48,161 bases of DNA, taken from a virus. Taxonomy: Duplodnaviria; Caudoviricetes. Below the pieces are notes generated by a model, which searched no databases, was not told the origin of the DNA, and was given only the letters and a program-made list of their open reading frames with translations. Location: positions 1 through 48,161 of IMG/VR virus record IMGVR_UViG_3300009095_000021. The stretch is one strand, 5' to 3'. Below, piece after piece: positions 34,846-45,215 of this stretch. A program made the translations under genes and the position numbers. Every line of letters starts with the position of its first letter. Within the stretch, counting starts at the first letter, position 1.

Positions 34846-35331
34846 GTGCTCAAGCCCAAGGTCGGCGTGAAGAAGGGCGGCGACTTTGAAGCCGTCAAGA
34901 AGCGCGTAGACGAAGTACAACGCCTGCTCGAAAAAGGCGCTAAGGTCGCTGTCGGCCTGCCTCGCAACTCCATGCCCTACCCTGATGGCACCAGTGTCAT
35001 CATGGTGGGGTTTTGGAACGAATTTGGCACCAAATTTACACACGAACGGGCGTTCCTACGCACCGCCGCACGCGAAAACCGCGACGCATGGCTGGCCCTT
35101 TCGCGTGACATATACAAGCGCGCAGTAGCCAAGAACAAAGACCCTAACGACTTCCTGAGCATATTGGGCCAACGCATGGAAGCGGACGTGAAGCGCAGCA
35201 TCGATTCAGGCGCATGGGAGCCCAACCAAGGCGCGTATGGCGAATGGAAGCTGTCTAAGGGCAAGACTAAACCACTCATTGTTTCGGGCCACCTGCGCGG
35301 CTCAATCCGTTACGTCATAAGGAAGCCATAG
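34846..35331 (+). CDS. Neck/tail completion protein
   Basis: NEFGT...RAFLR...KPLIVSGHLRGSIRY; GTG start just after the previous stop. Confidence 0.7.
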   Translation: MLKPKVGVKKGGDFEAVKKRVDEVQRLLEKGAKVAVGLPRNSMPYPDGTSVIMVGFWNEFGTKFTHERAFLRTAARENRDAWLALSRDIYKRAVAKNKDPNDFLSILGQRMEADVKRSIDSGAWEPNQGAYGEWKLSKGKTKPLIVSGHLRGSIRYVIRKP

Positions 35332-35332
35332 C

Positions 35333-35707
35333 ATGATACGCAGCAGCCGGATTCTGGCACACAACAAGCGCCGCATGACGGCCTTGCGCCCTGTTATGGA
35401 AAAGATTGACCTGGAGTGGAAAGAAACCAGCAGCACGCCCCTTACCATTTTTGCCAGCAGCCGGCCGCTGGGCATGAAGGAAGCGCAGATGCTGGAAGAG
35501 GGCCAGCGGTCTGATGAGTTCCGCGTGATAAACTGTGACGAAGAACTATTTGCCGCTGATGACAAGCTGGGCGTGGTGGGCGATATTATACCCAACCATT
35601 TGGGCTTTGACTGGCGCGTGGTGGGTTCCACCCGTTGGCGGGAGGGTTCCACCCACAACAGTTACAAGCTGCAGAAGATCAGACTTGCAACACCCCCAGG
35701 GCCATAA
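35333..35707 (+). CDS. Head closure/stopper-like protein
   Basis: LEEGQR...D.I....DWRVV pattern and synteny. Confidence 0.6.
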   Translation: MIRSSRILAHNKRRMTALRPVMEKIDLEWKETSSTPLTIFASSRPLGMKEAQMLEEGQRSDEFRVINCDEELFAADDKLGVVGDIIPNHLGFDWRVVGSTRWREGSTHNSYKLQKIRLATPPGP

Positions 35708-35709
35708 CC

Positions 35710-36261
35710 ATGACACCTTCAAAAACCCTATCCAAAGCGCTTGGCCGCACCATCGCCACTGATGGCACAAGTGTGGTGTTGGCCCATGGTGACGGGGTAA
35801 AGGAACGGGGGCAGTTCGTGGTTGTAAACGTGCCGCTGAACACCCCCATTGGATTGGCTGAGCTGCGCTATGCAAACCAACCCACCCCCGCGCGTGATGT
35901 GGTGGAAACGGTCTCGACTTTTCGTGAGGTGATGTTCTCGGTGCATGTGTACCGTGACCTCCCGGAAAATGGCGACACGGCCGAAGACCTTGCCGAGCGT
36001 ATCCGGCTGCGCATTCAGCAGACCAGTTTCCGCCAAGCCATGCTGGCCTACGGGCTGGCGTTCTCTGCTGTTACGCCGGTTCGTGATGTGACAACAGCGC
36101 TGGACGCAGCTCAGGAGCCGCGCGCCCAGTTTGACGTGTACTTCAACACCATACAGACCTTAGCCGAGGTCATTCTGTCCATTGAAAGCATTGATATCCA
36201 TGCAAGCTATCAAGGGGCGTTCAAAGAGCATGACGCAATCATCCAAGTGAGGAACCCGTAA
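35710..36261 (+). CDS. Tail terminator/neck protein
   Basis: Immediately before the sheath gene; EPRAQFDV motif. Confidence 0.65.
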   Translation: MTPSKTLSKALGRTIATDGTSVVLAHGDGVKERGQFVVVNVPLNTPIGLAELRYANQPTPARDVVETVSTFREVMFSVHVYRDLPENGDTAEDLAERIRLRIQQTSFRQAMLAYGLAFSAVTPVRDVTTALDAAQEPRAQFDVYFNTIQTLAEVILSIESIDIHASYQGAFKEHDAIIQVRNP

Positions 36262-37727
36262 TGAGTGATATTCCGGTATCAACCGTTGTCCGTGTTACGA
36301 TTAGCACGGCCCCAACCTTCCCGACCCGGAAAGGATTTGGCACACTGAACATCATTGGCCCATCCAATGTCATCAGTGCAGCCGAGCGCTTTCGGGTTTA
36401 CTCCAACATGGACGGCGTTGAGGGCGACTTCGACCCCGCAACCGAAGAGTACCGCGCCGCCCAAGCCTACTGGGCGCAACGGCCAAGCCCGCAACAACTG
36501 GTCATTTCCCGCCGTGTGGCTACTGCTATTCCGGCTGAGCTGCGCGGTGGCGGCAACCCCGAAATCGAAATTGCCGTGTGGCAGGCCATTCTTGATGGTT
36601 CGCTGCGCGTCAACATTGACGGGGTTGAAGCAGCCGTGGGCTCGCTGGACTTCAGCACCGCTGACACGCTTCCAGAGGTGGCCGCGCTGGTGCAAGTCGG
36701 CATTCGTGCTGCTAACGTGGCCTTGGGCTGGGCTAACGCCACCTGCACCTATGAAGCGAACCGCTTTTACATTCGCTCTGGCACCACCGGCCCGGCGTCC
36801 ACCATTGGCTATGGCCTTGCAAGCGTAAGCGGCACTGATATTGTGCCGCTGCTGGCCCTGGCGCTTGGTGACGCTACCAAGATGGATGGCCTCGCGCCAG
36901 AAAGCGCGCTGGAAGCGCTGGTGGAAGCCAACGACGCCAGCCAAGACTGGTACGGCTTTGCGTTTACGCGCGAGCTGCGCGACGACCTTGCCGAGCTGGA
37001 GCCGGTTGCAGAGTGGGCTGAAGCCCGCGTCAAGATTTTCGCAAACGACTCGAACGATAACGACATTCTTGACAGCGTCAACACCAACGACATTGCTTAC
37101 GCCCTTAAACAGCGTGGGTTCCGCCGCAGCTTCACATGCTACAACTTTGTAGCGAATCAGTACCTTGCCATTTCGGCCCTGGCTCGCGCATTCGTGGTGA
37201 ACTTCAGCGCTCGCAACTCCACCATCACCTTGAAGTTCAAGCAAATGCCGGGCATCACGCCTACGCCGCTGCGCACTTCGCAAAAGAACGCTCTGGATGC
37301 CAAACAGGCCAACGCCTTCTATACGGTTGGCGGCAATCCGATGTTCGGTGAGGGTGTAGTAGCCGCGCAGGGTGTGTTCTTCGACGAAGTACACGGCATT
37401 GACTGGCTGCAAAACGCCATTGAAACCAACGTGTTCGGCAAGCTGTACACCGACATCACCAAAACCCCGATGACCGACCCCGGCACCGCAAGCCTGCAAC
37501 AACAGGTGGAAAAGGCGCTGGACGAAGCTGTCAACAACGGCTTGGCCGCCCCCGGCTTTGACCGTGACGACAACTATCTGCAAAAGGGTTACGTCACTTC
37601 GGTGCAGCCAATGCGCGAACACAACCAATCGGATAAGGAAGCGCGCCAAGGCCCGCCAATTTCCTTTACCGTACTGGGGGCCGGTGCCATCCACGGTATC
37701 GAAATTATCGGCGTATTCCAACGCTAA
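36261..37727 (+). CDS. Tail sheath protein (DUF3383-type)
   Basis: IPVSTVVRV, EYRAAQAYWAQRPSP, ITLKFKQMPGI, FFDEVHGIDWL, GAIH. Confidence 0.9.
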   Translation: MSDIPVSTVVRVTISTAPTFPTRKGFGTLNIIGPSNVISAAERFRVYSNMDGVEGDFDPATEEYRAAQAYWAQRPSPQQLVISRRVATAIPAELRGGGNPEIEIAVWQAILDGSLRVNIDGVEAAVGSLDFSTADTLPEVAALVQVGIRAANVALGWANATCTYEANRFYIRSGTTGPASTIGYGLASVSGTDIVPLLALALGDATKMDGLAPESALEALVEANDASQDWYGFAFTRELRDDLAELEPVAEWAEARVKIFANDSNDNDILDSVNTNDIAYALKQRGFRRSFTCYNFVANQYLAISALARAFVVNFSARNSTITLKFKQMPGITPTPLRTSQKNALDAKQANAFYTVGGNPMFGEGVVAAQGVFFDEVHGIDWLQNAIETNVFGKLYTDITKTPMTDPGTASLQQQVEKALDEAVNNGLAAPGFDRDDNYLQKGYVTSVQPMREHNQSDKEARQGPPISFTVLGAGAIHGIEIIGVFQR

Positions 37728-37736
37728 GGAGCAACT

Positions 37737-38165
37737 ATGAAACTGTATAGCTTTGCGGAAACGACCTTGCTGGTCAACGGCCGCGAAATCACCGGCTTCG
37801 ATGGCAGTGATGACTCAATCGGCATGCGCCGGCTTGAAGACTCCATGGGCCACGTCATTGGCAACAAGGGCGAAATGGCCGCGTTCGTGCGCGCCAGCAA
37901 GGCCGGTGAAATCGTGGTCAAGCTGCAGCAAACCAGCGACGACAACCTGTACTTTTCAACGCTCATTGCAGCAGCGGAAAATGGTGCGTTCGTGCCGGTC
38001 AGCGTGATGTTTAAAGACAACCTTGGTAATGATATCATTACCGGCAACCGTGGCTATATCCGCAAACCAGCGGATATGCAGCGTGGCACCCCAGTGGGCA
38101 GCCAAACCTGGGGGCTTGTTGTTGAGCGCCTGGATATGCTGCTCGGCGGCGGTCAGACCGTTTAA
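37737..38165 (+). CDS. Tail tube protein (DUF3277-type)
   Basis: YSF...ITGF..., LQQTS; follows the sheath gene. Confidence 0.82.
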   Translation: MKLYSFAETTLLVNGREITGFDGSDDSIGMRRLEDSMGHVIGNKGEMAAFVRASKAGEIVVKLQQTSDDNLYFSTLIAAAENGAFVPVSVMFKDNLGNDIITGNRGYIRKPADMQRGTPVGSQTWGLVVERLDMLLGGGQTV

Positions 38166-38245
38166 CCCTTTTGGCGTCGGGGCGGTTTAGAACCGCCAGC
38201 CAGCAACCCCAGATCGTCCCGACGCCACCTTTCAAGGAGTACACC

Positions 38246-38731
38246 ATGGCTGTAAACGAAGGCAAGAAAAGTATTCGCGGGCGTGAGTACTATGTGGTGC
38301 AAATGCCGGCTGACAAGGCCATTCTCATTCAACTGCAACTGACCAAAATCCTAGGCGGTGCGCTTGGTAAACTGGCCCCGGCCTTGAGCACCAGCTCCAA
38401 GGCAGATGGCCCCGAGCGAATGGCCGCTATGGTCGGCGCTGTCGGCGCGTTGTTTGAAAAGGCCAGTGAAGAAGAAATCCAAGCCCTGATTTTCCGAGTG
38501 GTGTCTACCGCTAAGGTGGACGGCAAGCGTATCGACATTAACGAACACTTCCAAGGCGAGTTTTTGGCCGACCTGTATCCGGTGTTCTTTTGGGTGCTGG
38601 GGGTTAACTTCGCAAGTTTTTTCGGCGCGGGCGGTCTCGACGGCGTCGTGGCCAAGTTCAAAATGCTGTTTCTACAGGAAATGGCAAAAACAGCCGCGAA
38701 CGCGCAGCCATCGACGCCGCCCCAAGCTTAA
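38246..38731 (+). CDS. Tail assembly chaperone
   Basis: AAGGAG RBS; between tube and tape measure; VLGVNFASFF with slippery site. Confidence 0.75.
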   Translation: MAVNEGKKSIRGREYYVVQMPADKAILIQLQLTKILGGALGKLAPALSTSSKADGPERMAAMVGAVGALFEKASEEEIQALIFRVVSTAKVDGKRIDINEHFQGEFLADLYPVFFWVLGVNFASFFGAGGLDGVVAKFKMLFLQEMAKTAANAQPSTPPQA

Positions 38732-38883
38732 ACCCGTATCTATGGCGGCCAATAAGTGCCGGGCTTTGCAGCCTTAAAGAGCTGCAGGACGGCACCTACT
38801 CCATTGATGACTTGGCTGACTTCCATGAGCTTCTTGACCTCAAGGAAGCACTCAAAGAACACGACCGGCCACCGGAGTCCTGA
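38617..38883 (+). CDS. -1 frameshift extension of the tail assembly chaperone
   Basis: In-phase T TTT TTC at 38617-38623; the -1 frame is open to TGA 38881 (...YLWRPISAGLCSLKELQDGTYSIDDLADFHELLDL...). Confidence 0.7.
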   Translation, partial: FFRRGRSRRRRGQVQNAVSTGNGKNSRERAAIDAAPSLNPYLWRPISAGLCSLKELQDGTYSIDDLADFHELLDLKEALKEHDRPPES

Positions 38884-38885
38884 AC

Positions 38886-40400
38886 ATGGCGAGCAGCAAT
38901 TACATTGAAGAGTTCCTAGTCGGCCTGGGGTTTGAGTTCACCGGCGATGACGGCGAGCGCTTCAAAAAGCAAACCGAGGTCATAGCCTCCACGATAAACA
39001 AAGTGACCATTGCGGCTGCTGCTGCCGCGACGGCGCTTTTTGCCATGTCCAAAGGCACCGCTGCCCAGAATGTGGAGTTGAGCAAAACCGCCACCGAACT
39101 TGACAGTTCAGTTGAAGCGCTGGCCCGGTGGCGTCATGCCGCTGACCAAGCCGGCGTTGGCGGTGATAACGTCGTATCGATGCTTAGCAACCTGCGCGCT
39201 CAAGCGTTGGAAGCCGCCCGCACGGGTTCTGGCCCGTTCCGCGCGTACCATGAGCTGGGGGTGGACTTTGAAGCTATCGCAAGCGGCGGCCAGGATGTCA
39301 CCGACGCGCTGGAAGACATCATTGCCACTGCCCAGCAGATGGATAGGGAAACGGCCAAGGGTGCGCTGAAAGAACTTGGTATTGATCCAAAGTTCCTAGA
39401 CACCCCCATTGAAAAGCTGCGCAGCGCTATGGCTGAGGCGGATAAGTGGGGCAATACCACCGAAAGCCTAGCCGAGAAATCGTTGGAGTTTAGCGAAGCG
39501 TGGAACAGCATGACGCTGCGCCTCGAAGGCACGTATAACCTGATGGGTGAGCGGCTGCTGCCAGTGTTCACTAAATTCTTCGATGAATTGAGCGAAGGGC
39601 TGGAGTGGGTGCAGACGGAAGGCATCCCAATATTGGACGAAGTAGTTGAAAAACTGGGCGGTTGGGAGACTGTCATGACCGGCTTGGGTATCGTGGCCAT
39701 TCCTGCGCTTCTTGGCAGCCTGTCCAAAGTGCTATCGCTGGTGACGGGCATTGCAGGGGGCGCGGCGGGCGCTGGCAGCGCGCTGGCCTTGCTGTTTAAA
39801 GCGGGTCTGGTCGGCGCTGCTGGCTACGCTGGATGGGAGGCAGGCACCGAAATTAACAACGCCCTGCCGCAAGAGGTGCAAGAGGCCATTGGGGAATATT
39901 TGGCTAAGAGCCTAGCGTTCGTCGGTGTAAAAAGCGCTCAACAGGCGGTGGAGCAGACTGAGGGTAAAGAGTTCCCCAGCGTATGGGATACTCTGGAAAA
40001 GAACCGCAAGGCTGCTGCAGAAAAGCACTACAGGGCCAACCCGCAAGACCGGCCAAAGACCGGCCGCGACTCGCAACAGCAGCCCACCCTTGATGATTGG
40101 GCTGATCAGCCGTTTGACCCTAACGCGCCAATGCCGGAGTTTCCCGCCGCTGAAGCCGCTGACGTTGAGCTGGATGGCGGCACCATCCCAGGCATTGTCA
40201 ATCCTGCTGACCTGCACAAGTTGGTGCCGCCGCGTGAAGGCGGGGGTGGCGGCGCGCCGACTGTCATTGACAGCAGCAAGCACATTACCAACCACTTTAC
40301 CGGGCTTAAGCTGGGCGAAGTTGAAGAGCTGATGCAGCGGGCCGAGCAGGAACAAAACCTGCACATGACCAACGAAAACGCCAGCCCCATTGTGAGGTAG
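38886..40400 (+). CDS. Tape measure protein
   Basis: IEEFLVGLGF start, Ala-rich helical composition, hydrophobic segments, synteny. Confidence 0.8.
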   Translation: MASSNYIEEFLVGLGFEFTGDDGERFKKQTEVIASTINKVTIAAAAAATALFAMSKGTAAQNVELSKTATELDSSVEALARWRHAADQAGVGGDNVVSMLSNLRAQALEAARTGSGPFRAYHELGVDFEAIASGGQDVTDALEDIIATAQQMDRETAKGALKELGIDPKFLDTPIEKLRSAMAEADKWGNTTESLAEKSLEFSEAWNSMTLRLEGTYNLMGERLLPVFTKFFDELSEGLEWVQTEGIPILDEVVEKLGGWETVMTGLGIVAIPALLGSLSKVLSLVTGIAGGAAGAGSALALLFKAGLVGAAGYAGWEAGTEINNALPQEVQEAIGEYLAKSLAFVGVKSAQQAVEQTEGKEFPSVWDTLEKNRKAAAEKHYRANPQDRPKTGRDSQQQPTLDDWADQPFDPNAPMPEFPAAEAADVELDGGTIPGIVNPADLHKLVPPREGGGGGAPTVIDSSKHITNHFTGLKLGEVEELMQRAEQEQNLHMTNENASPIVR

Positions 40401-40404
40401 CTGT

Positions 40405-41037
40405 ATGTCTTATTTTCAACGGCTGTTTGTGGGCACTGACCGCACCTTTGCCACCATTGAGGTGGACGCGGTGCTGCTGGAGCAATACGACCTAAGCAGC
40501 ACCATCACTGATCACCCGGTTGACCGTGGCGCTTCTGTCAGCGACAACATCATTAACAACCCTCGGGTGTACACCATTGAAGCAGTGGTAACTGACACCC
40601 CCATGGGCTTGCTGGCCGCGCTGCAGACGATTGGCGACAACGCCCGTGCTGCGTTGGGTGTGCTTAGCAGCGCCATCTTGGGTGGGGAAGCCGAGGCACC
40701 CGCCACCGCGCGCAGCGTAGCAGCGTTTGAGTCACTGCTGGCCCTGCATGAAGGGCGCGTGGTCATTGACGTGCAAACCGGCATGGGGCTTTGGACTGAC
40801 TTGGCCATACAAAGCATTCGTGTGGCGGTAGACGAAAAGACAGCCAACCACCTGCGCTTTACCGCTGTACTGCGCCATGTACGCCGCGTATCGTTGCAGC
40901 TTCTGGGTGAAGAGGCCACGTTGGAGCCCGGCCCTGTCGCTGAAAGCGGCGCACCTGTACGGCGCGAGGGGTTTAAGCAGGTCATTGAGGATGTGTCCAC
41001 CTCAGTGCAGAACGCAGCAGCGAGGCTCTTCGGATGA
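40405..41037 (+). CDS. Baseplate/tail-tube initiator (Dit-like)
   Basis: ITDHPVDRGASVSDNIINNP motif. Confidence 0.75.
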   Translation: MSYFQRLFVGTDRTFATIEVDAVLLEQYDLSSTITDHPVDRGASVSDNIINNPRVYTIEAVVTDTPMGLLAALQTIGDNARAALGVLSSAILGGEAEAPATARSVAAFESLLALHEGRVVIDVQTGMGLWTDLAIQSIRVAVDEKTANHLRFTAVLRHVRRVSLQLLGEEATLEPGPVAESGAPVRREGFKQVIEDVSTSVQNAAARLFG

Positions 41038-41366
41038 AACAAATACCACTGACCCCCAGCCAAAATTCCACCTTTGATGGTGACGTTGACGGCCGCCGCT
41101 ACACCTTCCGGTTTACGTACAACAGCCGCGCCGGCTACTGGGCCATTGATTTGTCTTTGGCCGGGGTGGCGGTTGTCAACGGTGCGGTCGCAGCCATTGG
41201 CGTTGAACTGTTCCAAGGTGACGCAACACCTGAAATTCCGCGCGGCCTGTATATGGTGCCGACCGACCAAGAAACCCGCGACGCCGCCTTTGATGAACTG
41301 GGCCTGCGCGTTGTGCTGCTACAACTCACGGCAGAGGACGGCTTAAATGTCCCTACAGTTCAATAG
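41034..41366 (+). CDS. Baseplate protein
   Basis: IPL...YTFRFTYNSRAGYWAIDL motif; synteny. Confidence 0.7.
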   Translation: MKQIPLTPSQNSTFDGDVDGRRYTFRFTYNSRAGYWAIDLSLAGVAVVNGAVAAIGVELFQGDATPEIPRGLYMVPTDQETRDAAFDELGLRVVLLQLTAEDGLNVPTVQ

Positions 41367-42222
41367 GCAGTACACGCTAACGCTGTCCAACGCTGATGGT
41401 GAAGTGCTGGTAATTGAAGAGCTGCGCCTAACGTTTCAGCTCAACAAGACCCTGCTAGGCTACCCGACGCGCGGCCGAATTGAAATATACAACCTGTCTG
41501 AAGAGAACATACAGCGCATTGGCAAGCGCTACAGCGTGGCTACTTTGGAGGCAGGCTACGCCACCACCAAAGCGCATGTGTTCACGTCAAACATCATGAA
41601 CTTTTACAAGAGCCGGCAAGGCGTCGATTCGGTTTTCAACCTGATCCTTGCCGGCGAAGCTCCGGCCTGGGCTGGCAGCGTGTTTGTGCGCACCTACCGC
41701 GAAGGCATGCCGCCCTCCACCATTTTGCAGGACGTGGCCGGGTCGTTCGAGGGCGTCATTATCGGCACGCTACTCGAAGACGCCTCATGGGAGGCCAAGC
41801 TCAGCAGCGTAACGCACGCTGGCAACGCCCGCACCATCATGGATAAGCTGGCGCGCGACTACAACTTTGACTGGGCTATTCATGACGGCCAAATTGATGT
41901 CATTCCACGGGGCCGAGTCCTGACTGATCAACCTGTGTACGTTATCACGCCAGAAACTGGCCTCATAGGCAGCCCGACCCTTACAGAGCTTGGGGCGGAC
42001 TTCCGCATATTATTGAACCCTGATATAATGCTGGGGCGGCAGGTGCAAATGAGCGCTGAGTCAGTCCAGCTAGGGCAAGAGGGGCTGGAGTTCAGGCGCG
42101 TTCGCACTACCGCCGATGGGTTTTACAAGGTCATGGACATACGCCTGATGGGTGATACACGCGGCCTTGACTGGTATTGCGACATAATCGGTTGGAGGGT
42201 TGGCGATGAGCCAAGGAAATGA
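41347..42222 (+). CDS. Baseplate hub protein
   Basis: IEIYNLS, LEAGY, TGLIGSP, GDTRG..WY. Confidence 0.8.
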   Translation: MSLQFNRQYTLTLSNADGEVLVIEELRLTFQLNKTLLGYPTRGRIEIYNLSEENIQRIGKRYSVATLEAGYATTKAHVFTSNIMNFYKSRQGVDSVFNLILAGEAPAWAGSVFVRTYREGMPPSTILQDVAGSFEGVIIGTLLEDASWEAKLSSVTHAGNARTIMDKLARDYNFDWAIHDGQIDVIPRGRVLTDQPVYVITPETGLIGSPTLTELGADFRILLNPDIMLGRQVQMSAESVQLGQEGLEFRRVRTTADGFYKVMDIRLMGDTRGLDWYCDIIGWRVGDEPRK

Positions 42223-42916
42223 CGTAAGGCGGTCTACCGCTGCAGAGCTGCTAGTCAGCAACAGGTTGCTGGCCTTGCGCACTATGACAGTGGGCCGGGT
42301 CACCCGCGTGTTTTCCAACGGTTGGGTTGAAGTTGACCCGCAAATTCAAATGGTGGTACGCAGCGACTTGACCCAGGCCGAGACGCCGCAAGACATTGGG
42401 CTGCTGAGCCGCATCCCCATAGGGTATTACAAAGCCGGAGGGTTCATTATCACCCTGCCAGTAGCGGCCGGTGACGAAGGCGTCATCATGTTTAGCGACC
42501 GCAGCCTTGATATGTGGAAAGCCACCGGCCGCAAAGCCCCGCCCCGTGACCACCGCTTTCATGACGTGTCGGATGGGGTGTTTGTGCCCTGGCCCACTTC
42601 CAAGGGCGGGGCTATAGCCGGGTTCAACACAACCGGCGCGTATGTAGGGCTGGAAGATCAAACGTCCTTTTTGCACATAGGTGCCGGTGGCGTGACCACG
42701 CTGAAGGCTGCCACAAAGTTCATAATCGACACCCCACTGACTGAACTTACCGGCATGCAGCACGTAATGAAGGCGGTGACGATGGACGAAACCCTTGTGG
42801 TCACCGGCAGCGCGACCGCCGCCAACTTCCTGACGCCTGGAGGCTTTAACGCCCTGATGCACATCCATGGGGCAGGCACCAACACCGATGGCAACACCTT
42901 GGCCCCTGTTCTGTAA
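42206..42916 (+). CDS. Baseplate spike (gp138/gpV-like)
   Basis: TLPVAAGDEG..FSDR..D.W, RFHDVSDG, terminal HIH metal-binding motif. Confidence 0.82.
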   Translation: MSQGNDVRRSTAAELLVSNRLLALRTMTVGRVTRVFSNGWVEVDPQIQMVVRSDLTQAETPQDIGLLSRIPIGYYKAGGFIITLPVAAGDEGVIMFSDRSLDMWKATGRKAPPRDHRFHDVSDGVFVPWPTSKGGAIAGFNTTGAYVGLEDQTSFLHIGAGGVTTLKAATKFIIDTPLTELTGMQHVMKAVTMDETLVVTGSATAANFLTPGGFNALMHIHGAGTNTDGNTLAPVL

Positions 42917-42927
42917 AGGAGTTTTGT

Positions 42928-43305
42928 ATGCTGAGCCGCGCGCTTGATGAGAACAACGACATTTTTACCCGCCAAGGCAGCAGCGCAATGGTGCGTGATG
43001 GCGCAGAGGTTGTGCAGCATGTGCGCTCGCGCCTGCTGTTTTATCTTGAAGAGTGCGTATGGGATACCGGCGCGGGGGTGCCCTACTTCCAGCGCATCTT
43101 CGTTAAGCCTGCTAACCTCCCGGCTGCTGAGGCCATTCTCAAGCGCGAAATCATTCTGACCCCTGGCGTCAAGGCGCTGGTGGACTTTGCGCTTAGCTAC
43201 AACCGCGACACGCGTAAGCTCAGGGTCACTTGGGAGGCGGAAACCATATACGACACCATTGTGGGCACCACCCTTAACCTTTCAACAGGGGTACTAACAC
43301 CATGA
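42928..43305 (+). CDS. Baseplate wedge protein (gp25/W-like)
   Basis: RALDENND, VVQHVRSRL, GVPY, ILTPGV. Confidence 0.75.
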   Translation: MLSRALDENNDIFTRQGSSAMVRDGAEVVQHVRSRLLFYLEECVWDTGAGVPYFQRIFVKPANLPAAEAILKREIILTPGVKALVDFALSYNRDTRKLRVTWEAETIYDTIVGTTLNLSTGVLTP

Positions 43306-44471
43306 CTTTTGGCCTGACAGATCAGGGGTTTAGCCGCAAGCGCTTGGCCGACATCCTGGAAAGCAAAAACCAAGAGGTTCGGGGCGTATTCGGCCCTGAC
43401 ATTAACCTCAATCCACAAAGCCCAGACGGCCAAATAAACGGCCTTGCTGCCCTGTCTGATGATCAGCTTTGGCAGATTGCTGAGTACACCTACAACGCTA
43501 CCGACCCTGATAAAGCCACTGGCGCGGCTCAGTCCAGCTTGGTTAAACTGAACTACATTCAACGCCAGCCCGCCATAGCCACCCGCGTTACGCTGGCAGC
43601 GGTCGGCACGCCGGGCGTTACTGTTCCAGCCGGCCGCCTCATTAGCGGGGGCAGCGTGCAGGTGCGCACGTTGGCAGCTTTTACCTTTAGCGTTGGTGGC
43701 ACAGCCGCACCGCTGGCTGACTGCACCGTCACTGGCCCGGTTGAAATTCCGCCTGACACGCTTACTGTGTTTGACACCCCTGTGGCCGGCTGGACTTCTG
43801 TAACCAACCCGCTTGAAGGGCGCACCGGCCGCCACCGCGAAACCGATGGTGAATTACGACTGCGCCAGCGCCGTTCGACTGGGGCCAACTCGCAAAACAT
43901 GATCGATTCGCTGTACGCGCTTGTGGGTGACGTGGACGGGGTGACGTACCTAAACGTCATTGACAACAAAGGCGACGACCCCGACGCTAACGGTTTGGCA
44001 GGCCATAGCTTTGAGGTCATTGTGGTTGGAGGCGACCCCGACGCTATCGCCCAGGCCATTTGGCGTGCTATGCCGTTTGGCATTGGCAACCAAGGCAACA
44101 CGACCGGCACAGCGATTGACCGCAACGGCCACCCCCAGACGGTGTACTACACCATCCCGACTGATGTACCGATTTACGTAATCGCTGAACTGCTCAAACA
44201 CGCGCAGTACCCAGCGGACGGCGACGCCCTGATTAAGCAGGCTATCGTGGACTACGCTGAAAAACGCTTGGTTGAGGGGCGCGGCTTTAGCACGGGCGAA
44301 GACGTTATAAGGACTGAGCTGTACACCCCTATAAACTCGGTGCCTTTCCATGATATTCTTAATCTGTACATAGGCATTGCTCCAGCCCCTACTGGCGAGG
44401 ATAATATACCCATTGATTTACGCCAAACTTCCAAGTTTACGGTAACAAACATTTCGATAATTGAACCGTAA
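43302..44471 (+). CDS. Baseplate J-like protein
   Basis: SPDGQING, ATGAA, GRHRETDGELRLR, HSFEVIVVGG. Confidence 0.88.
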   Translation: MTFGLTDQGFSRKRLADILESKNQEVRGVFGPDINLNPQSPDGQINGLAALSDDQLWQIAEYTYNATDPDKATGAAQSSLVKLNYIQRQPAIATRVTLAAVGTPGVTVPAGRLISGGSVQVRTLAAFTFSVGGTAAPLADCTVTGPVEIPPDTLTVFDTPVAGWTSVTNPLEGRTGRHRETDGELRLRQRRSTGANSQNMIDSLYALVGDVDGVTYLNVIDNKGDDPDANGLAGHSFEVIVVGGDPDAIAQAIWRAMPFGIGNQGNTTGTAIDRNGHPQTVYYTIPTDVPIYVIAELLKHAQYPADGDALIKQAIVDYAEKRLVEGRGFSTGEDVIRTELYTPINSVPFHDILNLYIGIAPAPTGEDNIPIDLRQTSKFTVTNISIIEP

Positions 44472-44486
44472 GCGCAGGGGCACCAA

Positions 44487-45203
44487 ATGGAAAACATCAC
44501 CCCGGTAAATTACTCAGACTTTATACAAGCCCATGTCGCCACTGAGTATTCAGAAACGGTGCGGCTGCTAGGGCTTGTAAGGGCGCTTACTTGTGACCAC
44601 CAGTTGCTGGAAACCACCTTTGCCAAGCTGGCGCAACGCCTGGATATCGACGCCATGGCGGGCGTCAACTTGGACGTCATTGGCCGTATCGTAGGGCAGC
44701 CGCGCACGGTCATTGACGCTTCGGGGGTGGCGTTCTTTGGGTTCGCTGACCACCCGCAAGCCTTTGGCTTTGGCGACCCGAACAACAGCGCAGTTGGCGG
44801 CCGGTTCAAAGACCCGAATGAGTCGCTGACCGGCAACAAGCGCTTGATTGACAGCGAGTACAGGACGTTTCTCAAGGCTCGGGTTATCAAGAACCATTCC
44901 AAGTCCATTGGTGACGATGTCATAGGAATGTTTAAGTTCCTACTGGGCGAAGAAGTGGATGTGTACGTAGTAAACGCCCGGCCACGCCCCGGCCACGGCT
45001 GGATAGGCATAGGGAAGCAGCTGTCAGTAAGCGAAAGCTACCTACTGGCGTCCACTGAGCTTGTGCCGCGTACTACTGGCGTCACCTACCACATGCGCGA
45101 CTTCAAACGGCCGTTCGGTTTTAACGGCGTACCGGGCGTTGGCGGGTTTGGCGACCCTCTGGATTCAACCGTTGGGGGCTACTTCCCCCGCATAATAGCT
45201 TAA
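44487..45203 (+). CDS. Baseplate wedge protein (DUF2612-type)
   Basis: GVNLDVIGRIVG, FFGF, DSEYRTFLKARVIKN. Confidence 0.82.
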   Translation: MENITPVNYSDFIQAHVATEYSETVRLLGLVRALTCDHQLLETTFAKLAQRLDIDAMAGVNLDVIGRIVGQPRTVIDASGVAFFGFADHPQAFGFGDPNNSAVGGRFKDPNESLTGNKRLIDSEYRTFLKARVIKNHSKSIGDDVIGMFKFLLGEEVDVYVVNARPRPGHGWIGIGKQLSVSESYLLASTELVPRTTGVTYHMRDFKRPFGFNGVPGVGGFGDPLDSTVGGYFPRIIA

Positions 45204-45215
45204 GGAGCATTTTGT

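Noticed and set aside
31417-37721. Long antisense ORFs (31417..32511, 32949..34484, 36279..37721)
   Set aside because: Shadow frames of GC-rich, codon-biased structural genes, with no recognisable motifs
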